From the human T2T-CHM13v2.0 reference genome, Homo sapiens: a DNA stretch of 64,000 nt. Below, piece after piece: positions 1 through 17,231 of this stretch. The notes beneath the pieces were generated by a model. That model was not told the DNA's origin. It saw only the letters and a program-made list of their open reading frames with translations, and did not search any database. The position numbers were made by a program, and so were the translations under genes. The stretch lies in the NCBI RefSeq assembly GCF_009914755.1, contig NC_060925.1; one strand, given 5' to 3'. Position 1 is the first letter of the stretch, and each line of letters starts with the position of its first letter.

Positions 1-376
1 CCTGGCTGTTTGACCCATTTAAAAAATGGCTTGTGGTTTATAAGACAAATTGTTTGAGAATCTGAATGTAGGTACTTCTACCTCATCAGCTAGAACAAAG
101 AAAGTCTAAATAATCATAGTTTGTTTTGTAGTTGGCATCTCACCTCATAACTTTTAAAAGAAAGGTTCTCAATTTGTCACGTTTGCTGCCTAGGTAATGT
201 AGTGACTTATTTTATGCTGCAAATGTCTGCTTGTTTAGGATTTCTGATATAGGCTGGCATGATTTCATTCTTGTAGACTTACGACCAAATTACTCTGTGC
301 TGATTCTGAAAAGATTTGTCTTTTTGGTGCATGTATAAGAACATAAGTTGCCTGATCTTAAGAGTTTTTTTCTGAT

Positions 377-498
377 TGGGTATGGTGGCTCATGCCTGTA
401 ATCCCAGCAGTTTGGGAGACCTAGGTGGGAGGATTGCTTGAGGCCAGCAGTTTGAGACGAGCCTGGTAGCCTGGTCAACATAGTGAGACCGTGGCTCT

Positions 499-528
<30 letters not shown>
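377..528 (+). mobile_element. Alu monomer (FLAM/AluJ-like)
   Basis: Left-arm sequence followed by a tail of about 25 A. Confidence 0.85.
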
Positions 529-530
<2 letters not shown>

Positions 531-1490
531 TTTTTTCCGAACTTATCCATTTGTCTATGGTACAAACCTATCCTCTAATTTTTCAAACCAAAAAACTTCT
601 TTATAACTTTGTCCTTAAACACTCCACCTCCAACCTGATGACCTATTCTCTATTTCTATGCTACTACCGCAGGGCAGATCCTCCATTTCAATCTTAGATT
701 ATTACCCTAGTTTCTTAGCTGACTTCCTTGACTATCTGGTTGTCTTTGGCAGCCCACCTTGGAATACAGGCACAATATTGATACTCCTAAAACACTGTTC
801 ATGGATATGGAAGAAGTGACTGTTCTGCTTAGCTTTTAGAGTCTATATGACTTGGACTCATAGTTTTTTTTTGTTTGTTTCTTTTTTCCACTTTGCATGC
901 TTGCTTGTGCCTTTTCTCCTGATACTCCTATCTAACTAGAGATTTATTTTCACATTATTTTAGATTACTCTCCCATGTTTACTCTGAAAATCTGTGGCAC
1001 TCATATTTCATAGTGTAAAATTGTAGCAATCTGAGACTACTACAGTTGTTAGCCTCTTCTCCTTATAACCAGTAAAGTATACTAGATGATGTATGATGAA
1101 CTTTCTAGCATAGAATTTGGTACAGAGTAGGCATTTAGTAAATTATTGAAATGTGTTAAAGGCCTTTGAAGGCAAGATTTCTGTTACCCAGTGTAATGCT
1201 GTAGTAGGCATTTAGATATCTTACTTAGATAACTTTTGTAATAAGTTAATAGGATTTCGTTCTTCCAAGAACCTACTCTATTTTAACAGATGTTTTAGGT
1301 CCTAACTTGTGTCCTAATTAGATAGAGAGGGTCTGTTAGGTTCTTGGGATCTTGTTCTTCAACTGCACACATACCAGCACAACTACTGTTAAATTTCTTT
1401 TGCGCTTTTTTCCCCTTTAGGACAAAAAAAGGATTTAACAGTTATGTGCTTTTAATAACATTGTATTACTTTGTTGGTAACCTTCACAAC

Positions 1491-1782
<292 letters not shown>

Positions 1783-2055
1783 TTCACAGTCATCTTTAGT
1801 ATGTATAACATTTCATCCTGTGGTGTATTATTACTTGTTTTTTTTTCGTTACATTAACTGTTTTGATGATACAGCATCTCATTGTTTCTTGATAAAGTAT
1901 TTCCTTCTTTTTGGATAAATTACCTGAAGTGGAAATATATGTGTAGGGCATTAAAAAAACAAAAAAACAAAAAACCTTGTGTTTTCCTAATATTTTGAGG
2001 GAAAATCTTACTGTAATCTTTCTTCCCTTCTAATCAAATACTCTTGTGAATGCTC

Positions 2056-2351
2056 TTTTTTTAAAATTTTTTGAGATAGAGTCTCGCTGTCACTCAAGCT
2101 GGAGTATAATGACATGATCTTGGCTCACCCACAGCCTCTGCCTCCTGGGTTCAAGGAGTTCTCCTGTCTCAGCCTCCTGTGTAGCTGGGAGTACAGGTGT
2201 GCATCATCGTGCCTGCTAATTTTTGTATTTTTAGTCGAGACGGGTTTTGCCATGTTGGCCAGGTTGGTGTGGAACTCCTGACCTCAGAAGATCTGCCTGC
2301 CTCGGCCTCCCAAAGTGCTGGGATCACAGGTGTGAGCCACTGCGCCTGGCC
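2056..2351 (-). mobile_element. Alu (S-type)
   Basis: Dimeric Alu; TSD cttgtga(a/g)tgctctt. Confidence 0.92.
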
Positions 2352-2452
2352 TTGTGAGTGCTCTTATTTTGTTTTCAGGGGTGTATAATTGACTTTCACT
2401 TTGATGGAGTTTAGAACACAGCCTGCTATAGAAGATTGCCTAGAGAAGATTC

Positions 2453-2741
2453 TTTTTTTTTTTTTGAGAGTCTCACTCTGTTGCCCAGCCTGGAGTGCAG
2501 TGGCGCAATCTCACTGCAACCTCTGCCTCCCGGGTTCAAGCAATTCTCTGGCTTCAGCCTCCTGAGTAGCTGGGATTAAAGGCACTTGCCACCACGCTTG
2601 GCTAATTTTCATATTTTTAGTAGAGACAGGGTTTCACCATGTTGGTCAGGCTGGTCTCGAACTTGACCTCAGGTGATCCACCCACCTCGGCATTCTGGGA
2701 TTACAGGCGTGCATTCTGGGATTACAGGCGTGAGCCACCGC
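2453..2741 (-). mobile_element. Alu with an internal 21-bp tandem duplication
   Basis: gcattctgggattacaggcgt occurs twice at 2690-2731. Confidence 0.9.
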
Positions 2742-3485
2742 TAAATTGCCTGCATATTTGGATTATTTCACGTTGATAGTAAGAGTTCATAGTTGAGTGT
2801 TAAGTGCTCTTTGCAGAGTGACTGACAACCTGTGATGGTGATACTATTGTCTCTGTTTTACAAAGGAAGCGAGGCTTAAAAGAGTTTTAAGTAGCTTGCC
2901 CAAAATCACACAAGAATGGGAATCTGAGCTTTAGGGCTGCTTGATTGAAAGCATATGCCCTTTACTGCAACTCTGTCGTCTTCCTTGGGCATGTTAGAGA
3001 CTTGAGAAATACTTGCTGTGTGATTAGGTTATTTCGTCTCTTAAAATAGGGCGAGGTGGTTTACAGCCCTTTCTGTAATATTTTGAATCTCTTGGCTACA
3101 AATGTGACACTTATTAAATTAAATTGCTCTTTGAGATTGGAATGAAGGGATTTCTGAAAGGATTGATAAAATTAGCAAATAACCCTCCCTAGGAGAAGCA
3201 AGGATTTTTCTGAGTTCCCTCTTATTCATGATATTTAGATGCTTTTACTTAACAACTGTTCTGACCTTTTTAGGGCTGTTTCTGCAGATTTTAATTTTGC
3301 GTAAGAATAAGGTGCCATATTAGGTATTTACTCTCTGCTAGGTGGTGTGTGTACCAGTTGCTTTATATACATTACCTCATTTCTCTGTAGTGGTCTTGTG
3401 AATTAGATGTCAATTTGTAGACGAGAAAGTTAAGGCATAGAAGTGAAGTAACTTGCCAGGATCGTACACATTGAGGTGGAGCTAA

Positions 3486-3814
<329 letters not shown>

Positions 3815-3984
3815 CGTTTTTTTCATATTACTACTTTAGTCAACAAAGTTGTAAAAGACATTTAAGAATTTTATTTTTTCTTGCCCTTAATATACTGTTC
3901 AGTATTGTATTGGCTGCATTGGGACGGGGAATAAAGAAGTATAAGCCTAGTTGTTCTCTCAGAGAGCTTAAAATCTATTAGAGG

Positions 3985-4148
3985 GGCTGGGTGAGGTGAG
4001 GTGGTGCATGCTTGTAGTCTCAGCTACTTGGGAGGCTGAGGCAGGAGAATCGCTTGAGCGTGGGAGGCAGACGTTGCAGTAAGCTGAAATTGCGCCACTG
4101 TGCTGCAGCTTAGGTGACAGAGTGATACCCTGTCTCCAAAAAAAAAAA
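3985..4148 (+). mobile_element. 5'-truncated Alu (right arm)
   Basis: 13-bp TSD aaaatctattaga at 3970-3982 and 4145-4157. Confidence 0.88.
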
Positions 4149-4544
4149 TCTATTAGAATAAAGTAAGCATATGTGACTAAAAATAACATGGTTAATTACT
4201 CCTGTGATTCATTTATTCGGTGAGTGTGTCCTGTGTGACTGGTATTGAGCTATTTTGTGGGCATACAGCAGTTATTACCTTTATGGAGATTTCCTTATTT
4301 TTAAAAGTCTGTTTCTACTGCCATATGACAGATAAACAAGATAATTATAGATTATGACCTTACAATAAAGGAAATAAGGTAATATGAAAGGAGTGTAAGG
4401 AGGGAGGGTACTATTGCCCTGGATAATGTGGTCAGGGGAGGACTTTTGGAGGAGATGATGATTTCGAGCTGAGATCTGGAGAGTGAGAAGCCAAAAGCTT
4501 TAAGAGCAGGGGCAGGAGTGTTGTTGGTAAAGACTTCAAGGCAT

Positions 4545-4780
4545 GGCCGGGTGCAGTGGCTCACACCTGTAATTCCAGAACTTTGGGAGGCCGAGGTGGG
4601 CGGATCACCTGAGGTTGGGAGTTTGAGACCAGCTTGACCAACATGGAGAAACCCCGTCTCTACTAAAAATACAAAATTAGCCGGGTGTGGTGGCACATGC
4701 CTGTAATTCCAGCTACTCGGGAAGTTGAGGCTGGAAAATCGCTTGAACCTGGGAGGCGGAGGTTGTGGTGAGCAGAGATT
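4545..4780 (+). mobile_element. 3'-truncated Alu inside an L2 remnant
   Basis: Starts ggccgggtgcagtggctcac; flanks are L2-like. Confidence 0.88.
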
Positions 4781-4922
4781 GGGCCAAAAAAGACCTGAAG
4801 GCAGGACAGAGCCTGGCACGTCTGGGGAGGTAAGAGACCTGTGTAGCTAGAGCATGGAGAGTACAGGGGAACGGAGCATGAGAAGGTTTGAGAAGGCAAG
4901 AAGAAGGGCCTTGCCATGGGTT

Positions 4923-5612
4923 CTGTTTAGTCCGTTTAGGCTTCTTTAACAATACCATAGACTGGGTAGCTTGTAAACGACAGAAACTTATCACAGTTCT
5001 GCATCCTGGGAAGGACAATATTGGGGTGCTGGCGTATTTGATGTTTGGTGAGGGCCTGCTTTGTGGTTCATAGATGCTGGTTTTTTCTTTTCTTCTTTTT
5101 CTTTTTTTGACGGTCTCACTCTGTTTCCCAGGCTGGAGTGCAGTGGTGATCTTAGCTCACTCCCACCTCCGCCTCCCAAGTTCGCTTTGGTGCTCTCAGC
5201 TCACTGCAACCTCTACCTCCCAAGCAAGCGATCCTCCTGAGTAGCTGGGGTTACAGGCATGCGCCACCGGCTAATTTTTGTATTTTTAGTGGAGACAGGG
5301 TTTCACCAAGTTGGCCAGGCTGGTCTCGAACGCCTGACCTCAGATGATCCGCCTGCCTCGGCCTCTCAATGTGCTGGGTTTACAGGCCTGAGCCACTGCG
5401 CCCATACCAGTTTGTTCCTTTTTGCTGTGTCTTCTTGCATGGTGCAAGGGGTAGGGGAGCTCTCTGGGGTGTCTTATAAGGCCACTAATCCCATTTGGGG
5501 ATGAGGGGACTCTGCCCTCTGGACCTAATCACCTCCCAGCAGTCTCACCTTCTAACAACGTCACACTGGTGATCAGGTGTCAGCTTATGAATTTTGGGAC
5601 ACAAACATAGCA
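4923..5612 (-). mobile_element. MaLR MLT1-type LTR interrupted by an Alu
   Basis: aataccatagactgggtagctt...cacagttctg and gacctaatcacctccc...tatgaattttggg motifs. Confidence 0.7.
5080..5408 (-). mobile_element. Rearranged Alu inside the MLT1 LTR
   Basis: Alu with a partially duplicated right-arm segment. Confidence 0.85.
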
Positions 5613-5724
5613 GGTGGTCAGGCGGTTGGGGCAGTTTCAATACCTAGACTAGTTAGGAAAGGTCTCAGAGAAGGAGAGGTTTTGTAGTGGAAGGGTAGCT
5701 TGAAAATAGGGTGAGTTGTAAGGC

Positions 5725-5858
5725 CAGACACCCAAGATTTGGCTGAGATGGGAGGATCCCTTGAGCCCAGGAAGGTTGACGCTGCAGTGAGCTGTGATTG
5801 AGCCACTCCACTCTGGCCTAGGTGACAGGGTGAGACCCTGTCTCGAAAACAAAAAAAA
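5725..5858 (+). mobile_element. Alu right-arm fragment (J-like)
   Basis: ggctgagatgggaggatcccttgagcccagg followed by an A tail. Confidence 0.8.
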
Positions 5859-6099
5859 TCTTTAGGAAACCTGTATATTTGAAGATCAAGGGCTGAAAAT
5901 CCACTCAGTACCATTTAGCAGAGGATGTATGACATCCATTACACATCTGTTTCAAAAACAGCATGTTTCCAAAATTATACATCTCTTTACAAATAAACGT
6001 TATAGTATTAATAACTATAGAGGCACCATCAGAACTAGTTACAAAACATGCTGCTAACTTTCACAAGGCATCTCTGAGCCATCTCTTAAGTTCTGTATT

Positions 6100-6590
6100 T
6101 TGATCCCGGGGCTTTAAGAACATTTTCTTTGCTTTAATTAGTTGTAGGTCTCCATTTTCATTGTCTTCATAATTGGCTTGATCTCCCTTTTTGGCAGACT
6201 TTTTTCCTGTTGTCCCCACCAAGGTCTCATATTCTAGCCATTTCTTCTAGCCATTTCTTCTTCATCTGACACGTAAAATTCCACTGTTTCATCTTCAATT
6301 TCTGCTTTGTTCTTAGTATTCACCTGAAGCACTAATTTCTCAACCTCAGGAGTAAATCTGATGAATGAAATTCCTTCCATAGAAATGATCTTCACATAAC
6401 AAGAGATGCTGCTCTTCTGTTATGAAATTCTTTACTTATTAAGCTCTGGCAAATCTGAGTACCAGTGCTCTTAACTAATTTTATTTTCTTCCTCTTCTAG
6501 TCATTTCTTAGTTTCTGAGTCCAGTCTTCTTTGCATGAACTTCATGTACAGCAGGTTCTTGGAGAACTTGGTCTTGTGCTCAGGTGCCAT
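6100..6590 (-). pseudogene. MPHOSPH6P1: Processed pseudogene of MPHOSPH6 (MPP6, exosome cofactor); UTR-derived flanks probably extend to about 5885 and 6630
   Basis: Intronless; minus strand reads MAPEHKTKFSKNLLYMKFMQRRLDSETKK*LEEEE...EHWYSDLPEL...PEVEKLVLQ...EDETVE...SDEEEMARR...YETLVGT...IKAKKMFLKPRD, colinear with MPHOSPH6; stop at codon 30 (6501-6503), frameshifts, 13-bp duplication at 6232-6257. Confidence 0.93.
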
Positions 6591-6899
6591 GCTGGCTTCA
6601 GCTTGTGCTGTGTTCTGGCCACCTGCTGTTTCTTAGTTAAGAGACTAGAATGAGAAAGTTACATGTAAGGATGTCAGTTGGTAGTATTATTGAAGGAAGA
6701 ATATGTAGGGGGTGATGCTTGTTTATTGTCTGTGTACCCCACTGGAATTGTTGCTCCAAGAGGGCGTGAACTTTGTTATGTGAATTGTGGGGTGTGCCTA
6801 CGTATAGGACAAAGCTTGGCACGTGGTAGGTACTTAGTAAAGGCTTGTTGAATGAATGAGTAGATGAATGAGTAGATCTACAAGTCTTGAGTATTTTGA

Positions 6900-7841
<942 letters not shown>

Positions 7842-8067
7842 TCTGGGTAGGATTTTCTAAGCAATGTTGTATTCTTAATTGAACATGTAAAAAGTAAAGT
7901 AGAGATTCCTCTTCAAAGACTTCCCCCACATCTAATCAGAAATAAATAGTAACTTCTCTTAAAAGCAAAATTTATTCAAAGACCTTTGCTAACATTCTTA
8001 AATATCTGCTAGCTGTAATAAATAAATCAGTGTACTTTATGTTCTTAGCTCCCACAATTTAGCCTAA

Positions 8068-8507
<440 letters not shown>

Positions 8508-8727
8508 TTCTTTGCCTCTTTTTAAAAGTTGTAAGTTGCTAGCCTATCAGGACAAATACAAAACGTGAGGTCCCGTTCCAGCCAATAAAAACCGGACACA
8601 GCAGTAGGATAGACACGTCAGGTTATAAATGACCCTGTCTCCTTTGCTCGGTGTACTTTTGTGGCAAAACTGCTGGCAAGTGTATCCTTTCTGCAGAAGG
8701 TATAAATGGCCTTGCTGAGAAAATTAA

Positions 8728-9089
<362 letters not shown>

Positions 9090-9591
9090 GGAACAAGCAT
9101 TTCTAACAAACATATAAGGCCAGCTGTATGCTTTTTGTTACATGTCTTCTGTGATATAGAAGCAAACAAGAAGTTCTGCAAACAAGACAGTTTGTTAGCA
9201 CACTTGCATACGTGTGTGAATGCATGGAATACATTGCTGTGGTTTGAGTACTTTTGGTTGCCTAAAAATCACATGCATGGGTAGGTGTTTAAAAAATTGT
9301 ACGTTAGATATGCTACTATAACTTACAGCAGAAGGTTATATAAGCTGCATTTTCCAAAGTGGCTGGATTTGACAGGAGAGACAAGTAGTTTTGATTTTAT
9401 TCTGTTTAATCCTACAACCAGACTAGTCCTTCTGTTGAACTGATAAGGAAGATTGTGAAATTGGGTCATTCTCTTGATTCCTGTAGTGCCTCTTCTTTCT
9501 TGTATCCTAAGTATGAAAATGGGTTACTTCAGGGGCAAACGTATTTCACATGAAGGCAACTTTACTTTTAGTGTGTTTTGGATTAGAGTGA

Positions 9592-10600
<1,009 letters not shown>

Positions 10601-10985
10601 AAAAATTTGACTTGCCTTTTATTCACAGTTACTATTAATACTTGACATAGTTTTAAAAGAGGTGTAATCTTATTGAGAATATAAATTTTTTGTAAAACTT
10701 ACTAGCAAATATTTAATCTCAAATCTTAAGGTTGCTGTCTCTCTGTGCCTAGAATGAACCATGGGGCACGGGAAAATAGGGCATTTGTAGCTGGGAGTAT
10801 CCCCTTCCTCCATACAGATCGTTTGCTCAGGGATTGTCTGGTGGAGTTTAGATGGCAGCCAGCCAATCATAATGATACCATAGAGAGGGTTCCATAACCT
10901 TTTAAAATCTGTAGTGTGTGGACTTAAAATTTCAGGTGCTATAGCTCTGAGATTCTTAAAGGATATTTGAATTCCCATAGTGTTA

Positions 10986-11380
<395 letters not shown>

Positions 11381-11419
11381 TTATTTCCTTATGATTGGCA
11401 GAATCATTTTAAAAAAAAT

Positions 11420-11692
11420 ATTTGAGACAGGGTCTTGCTCTGTCATCCAGCCTGGAGGGCAGTGGCACAATCATAGCCAACTGCAGCCTTGGACTCAAGC
11501 AATCCTCCCACCTCAGCCTCCCTGGTAACTGGGACTACAGGTGTGTGCCACTTCACCCAGCTAATTTTTTTTTTGTAGAGATGGGGTCTCACTCTGTTTC
11601 CCAGGCTGGTCCCAAACTCCTGGGTTCAAGCAATCTCCCCACCTTGTCCCCCCAAAGTGCTGGGATTACAGGTGTGAGCCACCATGCCTGAC
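11420..11692 (-). mobile_element. Alu (J-type)
   Basis: Diverged dimer; TSD gcagaatcatttt. Confidence 0.88.
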
Positions 11693-11808
11693 CCTGCAGA
11701 ATCATTTTTTATGCTGTAAGTTGCCCAACCCCAATTCTAAGTTGTGGTACAAATGAACTTCACTGTTAAAAAGAGGTAGGATTCAGTTATTGGTGCAAAA
11801 TAACTTAG

Positions 11809-12117
11809 CTTTTCTTTTTCTTTCTTCTTTTTTGAGACGGAGTCTCACTGTGTTGCCCAGGCTGGAGTGCAGTGGCGCCATCTTGGCTCACTGCAGTGCG
11901 CCTCTGCCCCCCGAGTTCAAGCGATTCTCCTGCCTCAGGCTCCTGAGTAGCTGGGACTACAGGTGCGTGCCACCATGCCCAGCTAATTTTTTGTATTTTT
12001 AGTAGAGATGGGGTTTCACCGTGTTAGCCAGAATGGTCTCCATCTCCTGACCTTGTGATCTGCCTGCCTCGGCCTCCCAGAGTGCTGGGATTACAGGCAT
12101 GAGGCACCGTGCCCAGC
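11809..12117 (-). mobile_element. Alu hosting the candidate exon
   Basis: Full-length antisense Alu. Confidence 0.92.
11837..11962 (+). other. CDC42: Likely Alu-derived alternative non-coding 5' UTR exon of CDC42 (126 nt)
   Basis: Antisense Alu poly-T tract, AG at 11835-11836, donor CAG|GTGCGT at 11963; contains no ATG. Matches my unverified recollection of a CDC42 variant with an extra 5' UTR exon. Confidence 0.65.
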
Positions 12118-12467
12118 GCAGAATAACTTTTCTGGTTAGCAGAATGGTAATTGTTTCTATGTGGCCTCTTTGCTGCCGTAGTGATTTGACATTATTTAAT
12201 AGGAGATTAACATAGGGTATATGAACATGTCTGACTTATATATATTGTAAAACCCAAAGTCTCTCCCCTGATTGCTCCCTTTACCCACCCCAATCTGTGG
12301 AGTATCTGGTGACATTAAGAAAAAAAATTAAGAAAAAAAGAAATAGAGGTCAGGTCTTAACTATGTTGCCCAGGCTGGTCTTGAACTCCTCAGCTCTAGT
12401 GATCTTCCCACTTTGGCCTCCCAAAGTGCAAGGATTACAGGTGAGCCACTGTGCTCTTTAATACATG

Positions 12468-12974
12468 TGTTAAAGGGCAAAACTACAACAAATTTAAATC
12501 TCACTTGGCTTTATTGTGATTTTAGAGTTGGGCAGTGTGCTTCATTCCACAAAACAGAGTTGAGCAGAAGAGGTTGGCTTAATAGAAGAGCTGAGGAAAG
12601 GGGAAGCAAAGAACAAAGGGCCTATTAGTTGTTTCAGAGCTACCTTTCTTGTAAGGCAGGGACAGGGAGAAGACAGAACAATAGAAAAATAACTGATTAG
12701 TTAATATCAGGTTACTTCAGGCTGCTTTTTTTTGTGTAAGGGTTAAAGCAGAGGGAACTTCATTATCATTCCAATTGAAGATTGAAAGTGGCCTGTTTGG
12801 TAAACTGGCTGTCATCTCTCCTGTTTCTCAGAAGGTCAGATAACAACTAAATTTAAGTTTAGTGATGTGAAACTTTAGCATGAGTAACTCCGTTTTGATT
12901 TTTAGTCTGGTCACTTGGGGCCTAGTGCAGGAGATTAGTCCACAACGGTAGCCTCCTATAGTTTTTATTTAACA
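12468..12974. mobile_element. Solo LTR, ERV1-like (507 bp)
   Basis: TGTTAA...TTAACA inverted termini; 4-bp TSD CATG at 12464-12467 and 12975-12978. Confidence 0.75.
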
Positions 12975-13099
12975 CATGAAACAATTATTAATACATGCCA
13001 AATGCTTTGCAGAATAGTCTTAATTAGAACTTGACTCTGAAATGACCATCTTTGTAATGGTAACTCTACATTTGACTACATTTGTGCTGAGAACAATTA

Positions 13100-13256
13100 G
13101 TATAATCTTCCCTTGATATTGCAGGGGATTGATTCCAGAACTCTCCAAGGATACAACAATCCTGGAATGCTCAAGTTTCTTATATAAAATTACATAGTAC
13201 AGTTATCCATCTGTATCTGTGGGTTCTGCCTCTGTGTACATGGAGGGCTGACTGTA
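13100..13256. mobile_element. Tigger-derived MITE (MER2/MER8-like)
   Basis: ggggattgattccag...atgctcaagtttcttatataaaat...ggagggctgactgta motifs. Confidence 0.6.
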
Positions 13257-13920
13257 CTGTAATTATCTTGGAGATAAAAAGTGTTATGAGTTCCTTTCTA
13301 AGAAGTTTGGAATTGCTGTTTTAAAATTCCTTATATTGACTTTAAAGTTACCATTACTTGTTGAAGACTAATAATTAACATGTACTAAGCATGTACTGTA
13401 TGCCAAGCACTGTTGCAAGTTCTTTACATGTATTATCTTAGTTTACCTTATGAGAAAGGTAGTACTGTTTTCATTTTTAGAGAAGGGGAAACCAAGCTAC
13501 ACAGAGGTTGAATAACACAGAGGTTGAATAGCTAGAGTGTGGTAGAGCCACTCTGACTCCAGAACCCAGGCTTAACAGGGGACTCACAACCAACCAGTTT
13601 GTAACAAATTGCAGAGCAGTCAGGTCGGGAAGTCTAAGAAGTGGAAGATTTGTGGGTAAATAGAAAGGGGAAGAACAAACTCTTATCTTACTCCCTTCTC
13701 CCAATAAAATTCAGTAGTTATATGCAGGGTGAAAAACAGGAAATAAGCTTAGCCCCTATTTTTTGCTTCCTCTTCTTTATATTTGCTTTCCTCTTTGCAT
13801 TGCTGGTAACTCACGGATATATACTTGTCATTCCACTAGCACTGATTATATTTGTTTTTATTAATGTCACTTCTCAGACAGTATAGTGTAATGTAATGTT
13901 TATCAAGAGCAGGGACTTGA

Positions 13921-14274
<354 letters not shown>

Positions 14275-14517
14275 TTACTTGCTGAGCCTCACTCTTCTTA
14301 TCTGTAAAATAGGGATAATACAGCACATACTTCATAGGCTTTTTGGGAGGATGAAATGTGTGAATATGTGTAATATGTTTTGAACAGTACATAGCACTTA
14401 GTAAATGCTGTATGAGTGTTTGCTGCTTACTATTATTATTTGAGTGCTTTTAGATTTAACCAGTAATTGATTGATCTTAGGGATCAGGGTTGTTAATCTT
14501 TAATGCTGTATTAGTTA

Positions 14518-14984
<467 letters not shown>

Positions 14985-16197
14985 TCATGTTCTTTTGTTT
15001 CGTGATTTTTGCATCCAATCAACAACTCACAGTGTGTCAGTCTAGAAGTGCTCAGTGCTAGAAGTATAGTGGTGCATGAGGTAGTATAGGTTCATTTACA
15101 GGGATGTTAATAGGCATTTATAAATTGTTATGATTAATTGTTGTGAATGGTGCTATAGGAGCATGGTGGCATCTGACCAAGAGTTAGGTGGTTCTGTATT
15201 TTTATGTTTAATTATAACCCCTTTAGGATTATAATTTAAATTAATTTAAATATAAATCTTAAAATTTAGGTACATATTGGGTGGTGTTTCTTTTTATTCT
15301 TTCAGAAAACTGTTAAAGTATTTCATTGAATCTAAGATTCCAATTTCATAGAAGTCAAAATGTGGGGGAAAAATGGCTGATAATGATTGTAAGAGACTCA
15401 AAGATACATTCTGACTTTAGAGATGTTTACATGAAAAAAAGCATCTCAAATTAATGACTCTTTGGTACTTGTAATTGATAGCTTCTTAAAATGGAGGAGG
15501 ACTCTAGTAAGAGAAGCTATAGTATCTGTTTATAAGTCAGTATGCTTTAGAGCAATCTGACTTTTTCATTATAAAAATGTAGGTTTTGGACTAGGCATTC
15601 TGGTGCTAAAACAGCTGCTGAGGCCAGCGATCACCCTGTTCTTTGTTCAGTTCCTCACGTTACTCATATAATTACCGTGTGATCGTGTGGTGCTCTGCTG
15701 CTTGTTGGTCAGAGCCTGAGTAAGGCTGAATAAGGCTGGATCATGAACCATTCTTTAAAGCAGTGGCCTTTGTATTGCAGTCTAGTTGACATACATGCAT
15801 ACATACAGGTGTGTGTGCACGTGTAACTGAAGAACAGCTTTCACAAAATAATATTTAGCACACTGTGGAATTTTCTCTGATACAGCCTCTTCTCTTTCAT
15901 GATAAAAATAAATTCGCTGATTATCACACCACTTTGGACCTTTTAAAAATAACACTTAAGAAGTTGGAATAGCCAGGGATCAGAAACTTAGAAATGGACC
16001 TTATTTGTTATTGTAACTTATAGCAAGTCATTGTGTCTCTTATTGGGTTCTTTTAGCCATAATAATTGTGCTAGTTCTTTTCTTGCTCTGAGTGCCTGAA
16101 CCTGTTGCTAAGTGAGGAAGAAAAATCCATATGTAAGTATAAATAAACAAATGTCTTTAATCTTTTTGCAGGTCATCATCAGATTTGAAATATTTAA

Positions 16198-16350
<153 letters not shown>

Positions 16351-16867
16351 TAGTAAAATGTTGTAAAATTTGATATCCTTTTGAAAACGCTTTCTCTATG
16401 TGTACTGAATTTTTTTCTGTTGTCTGCCTTTGTTTCCTGTTTTTAAAGATCTTGACTTCTCATGGGTAAATTATATACACTTTAAACAGCTGAAAAATCA
16501 GTGGAAAGTCAGAAGGGGTGACACAGGGTTTGCAAGAAGTGCTGGGAGGCAAAACTCCAGTAGACAAGATTCTAACGAGTGGTGGTCTCAATTTGGTGAA
16601 GTATGCCCTACATCTTGGAATGAGGTGACTTTTTTTTTTTTTTTTTGATATTTTGGCCAATTATTGATCAGTACTTGGAGGTCTCCTGGGATACCATTTG
16701 AGGTCCTGTAACTTGAGAGAAAGTAGTATGTGTCTCCACTTTTCTTGTGGAGCTGTTCGCTTAGCAGTAATGGAGCTCCAAACTGGTTCTTAGGGGCAGA
16801 GAAGAGAAGACCTGTTATGTTTCGAGAACACCAACAGAATCCTTTGGGGGTCACTCCCACAACTGTT

Positions 16868-17231
<364 letters not shown>

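Noticed and set aside
13500-13531. 16-bp tandem duplication acacagaggttgaata (similar cases at 2690-2731 and about 6855-6878)
   Set aside because: Ordinary slippage inside old repeats.
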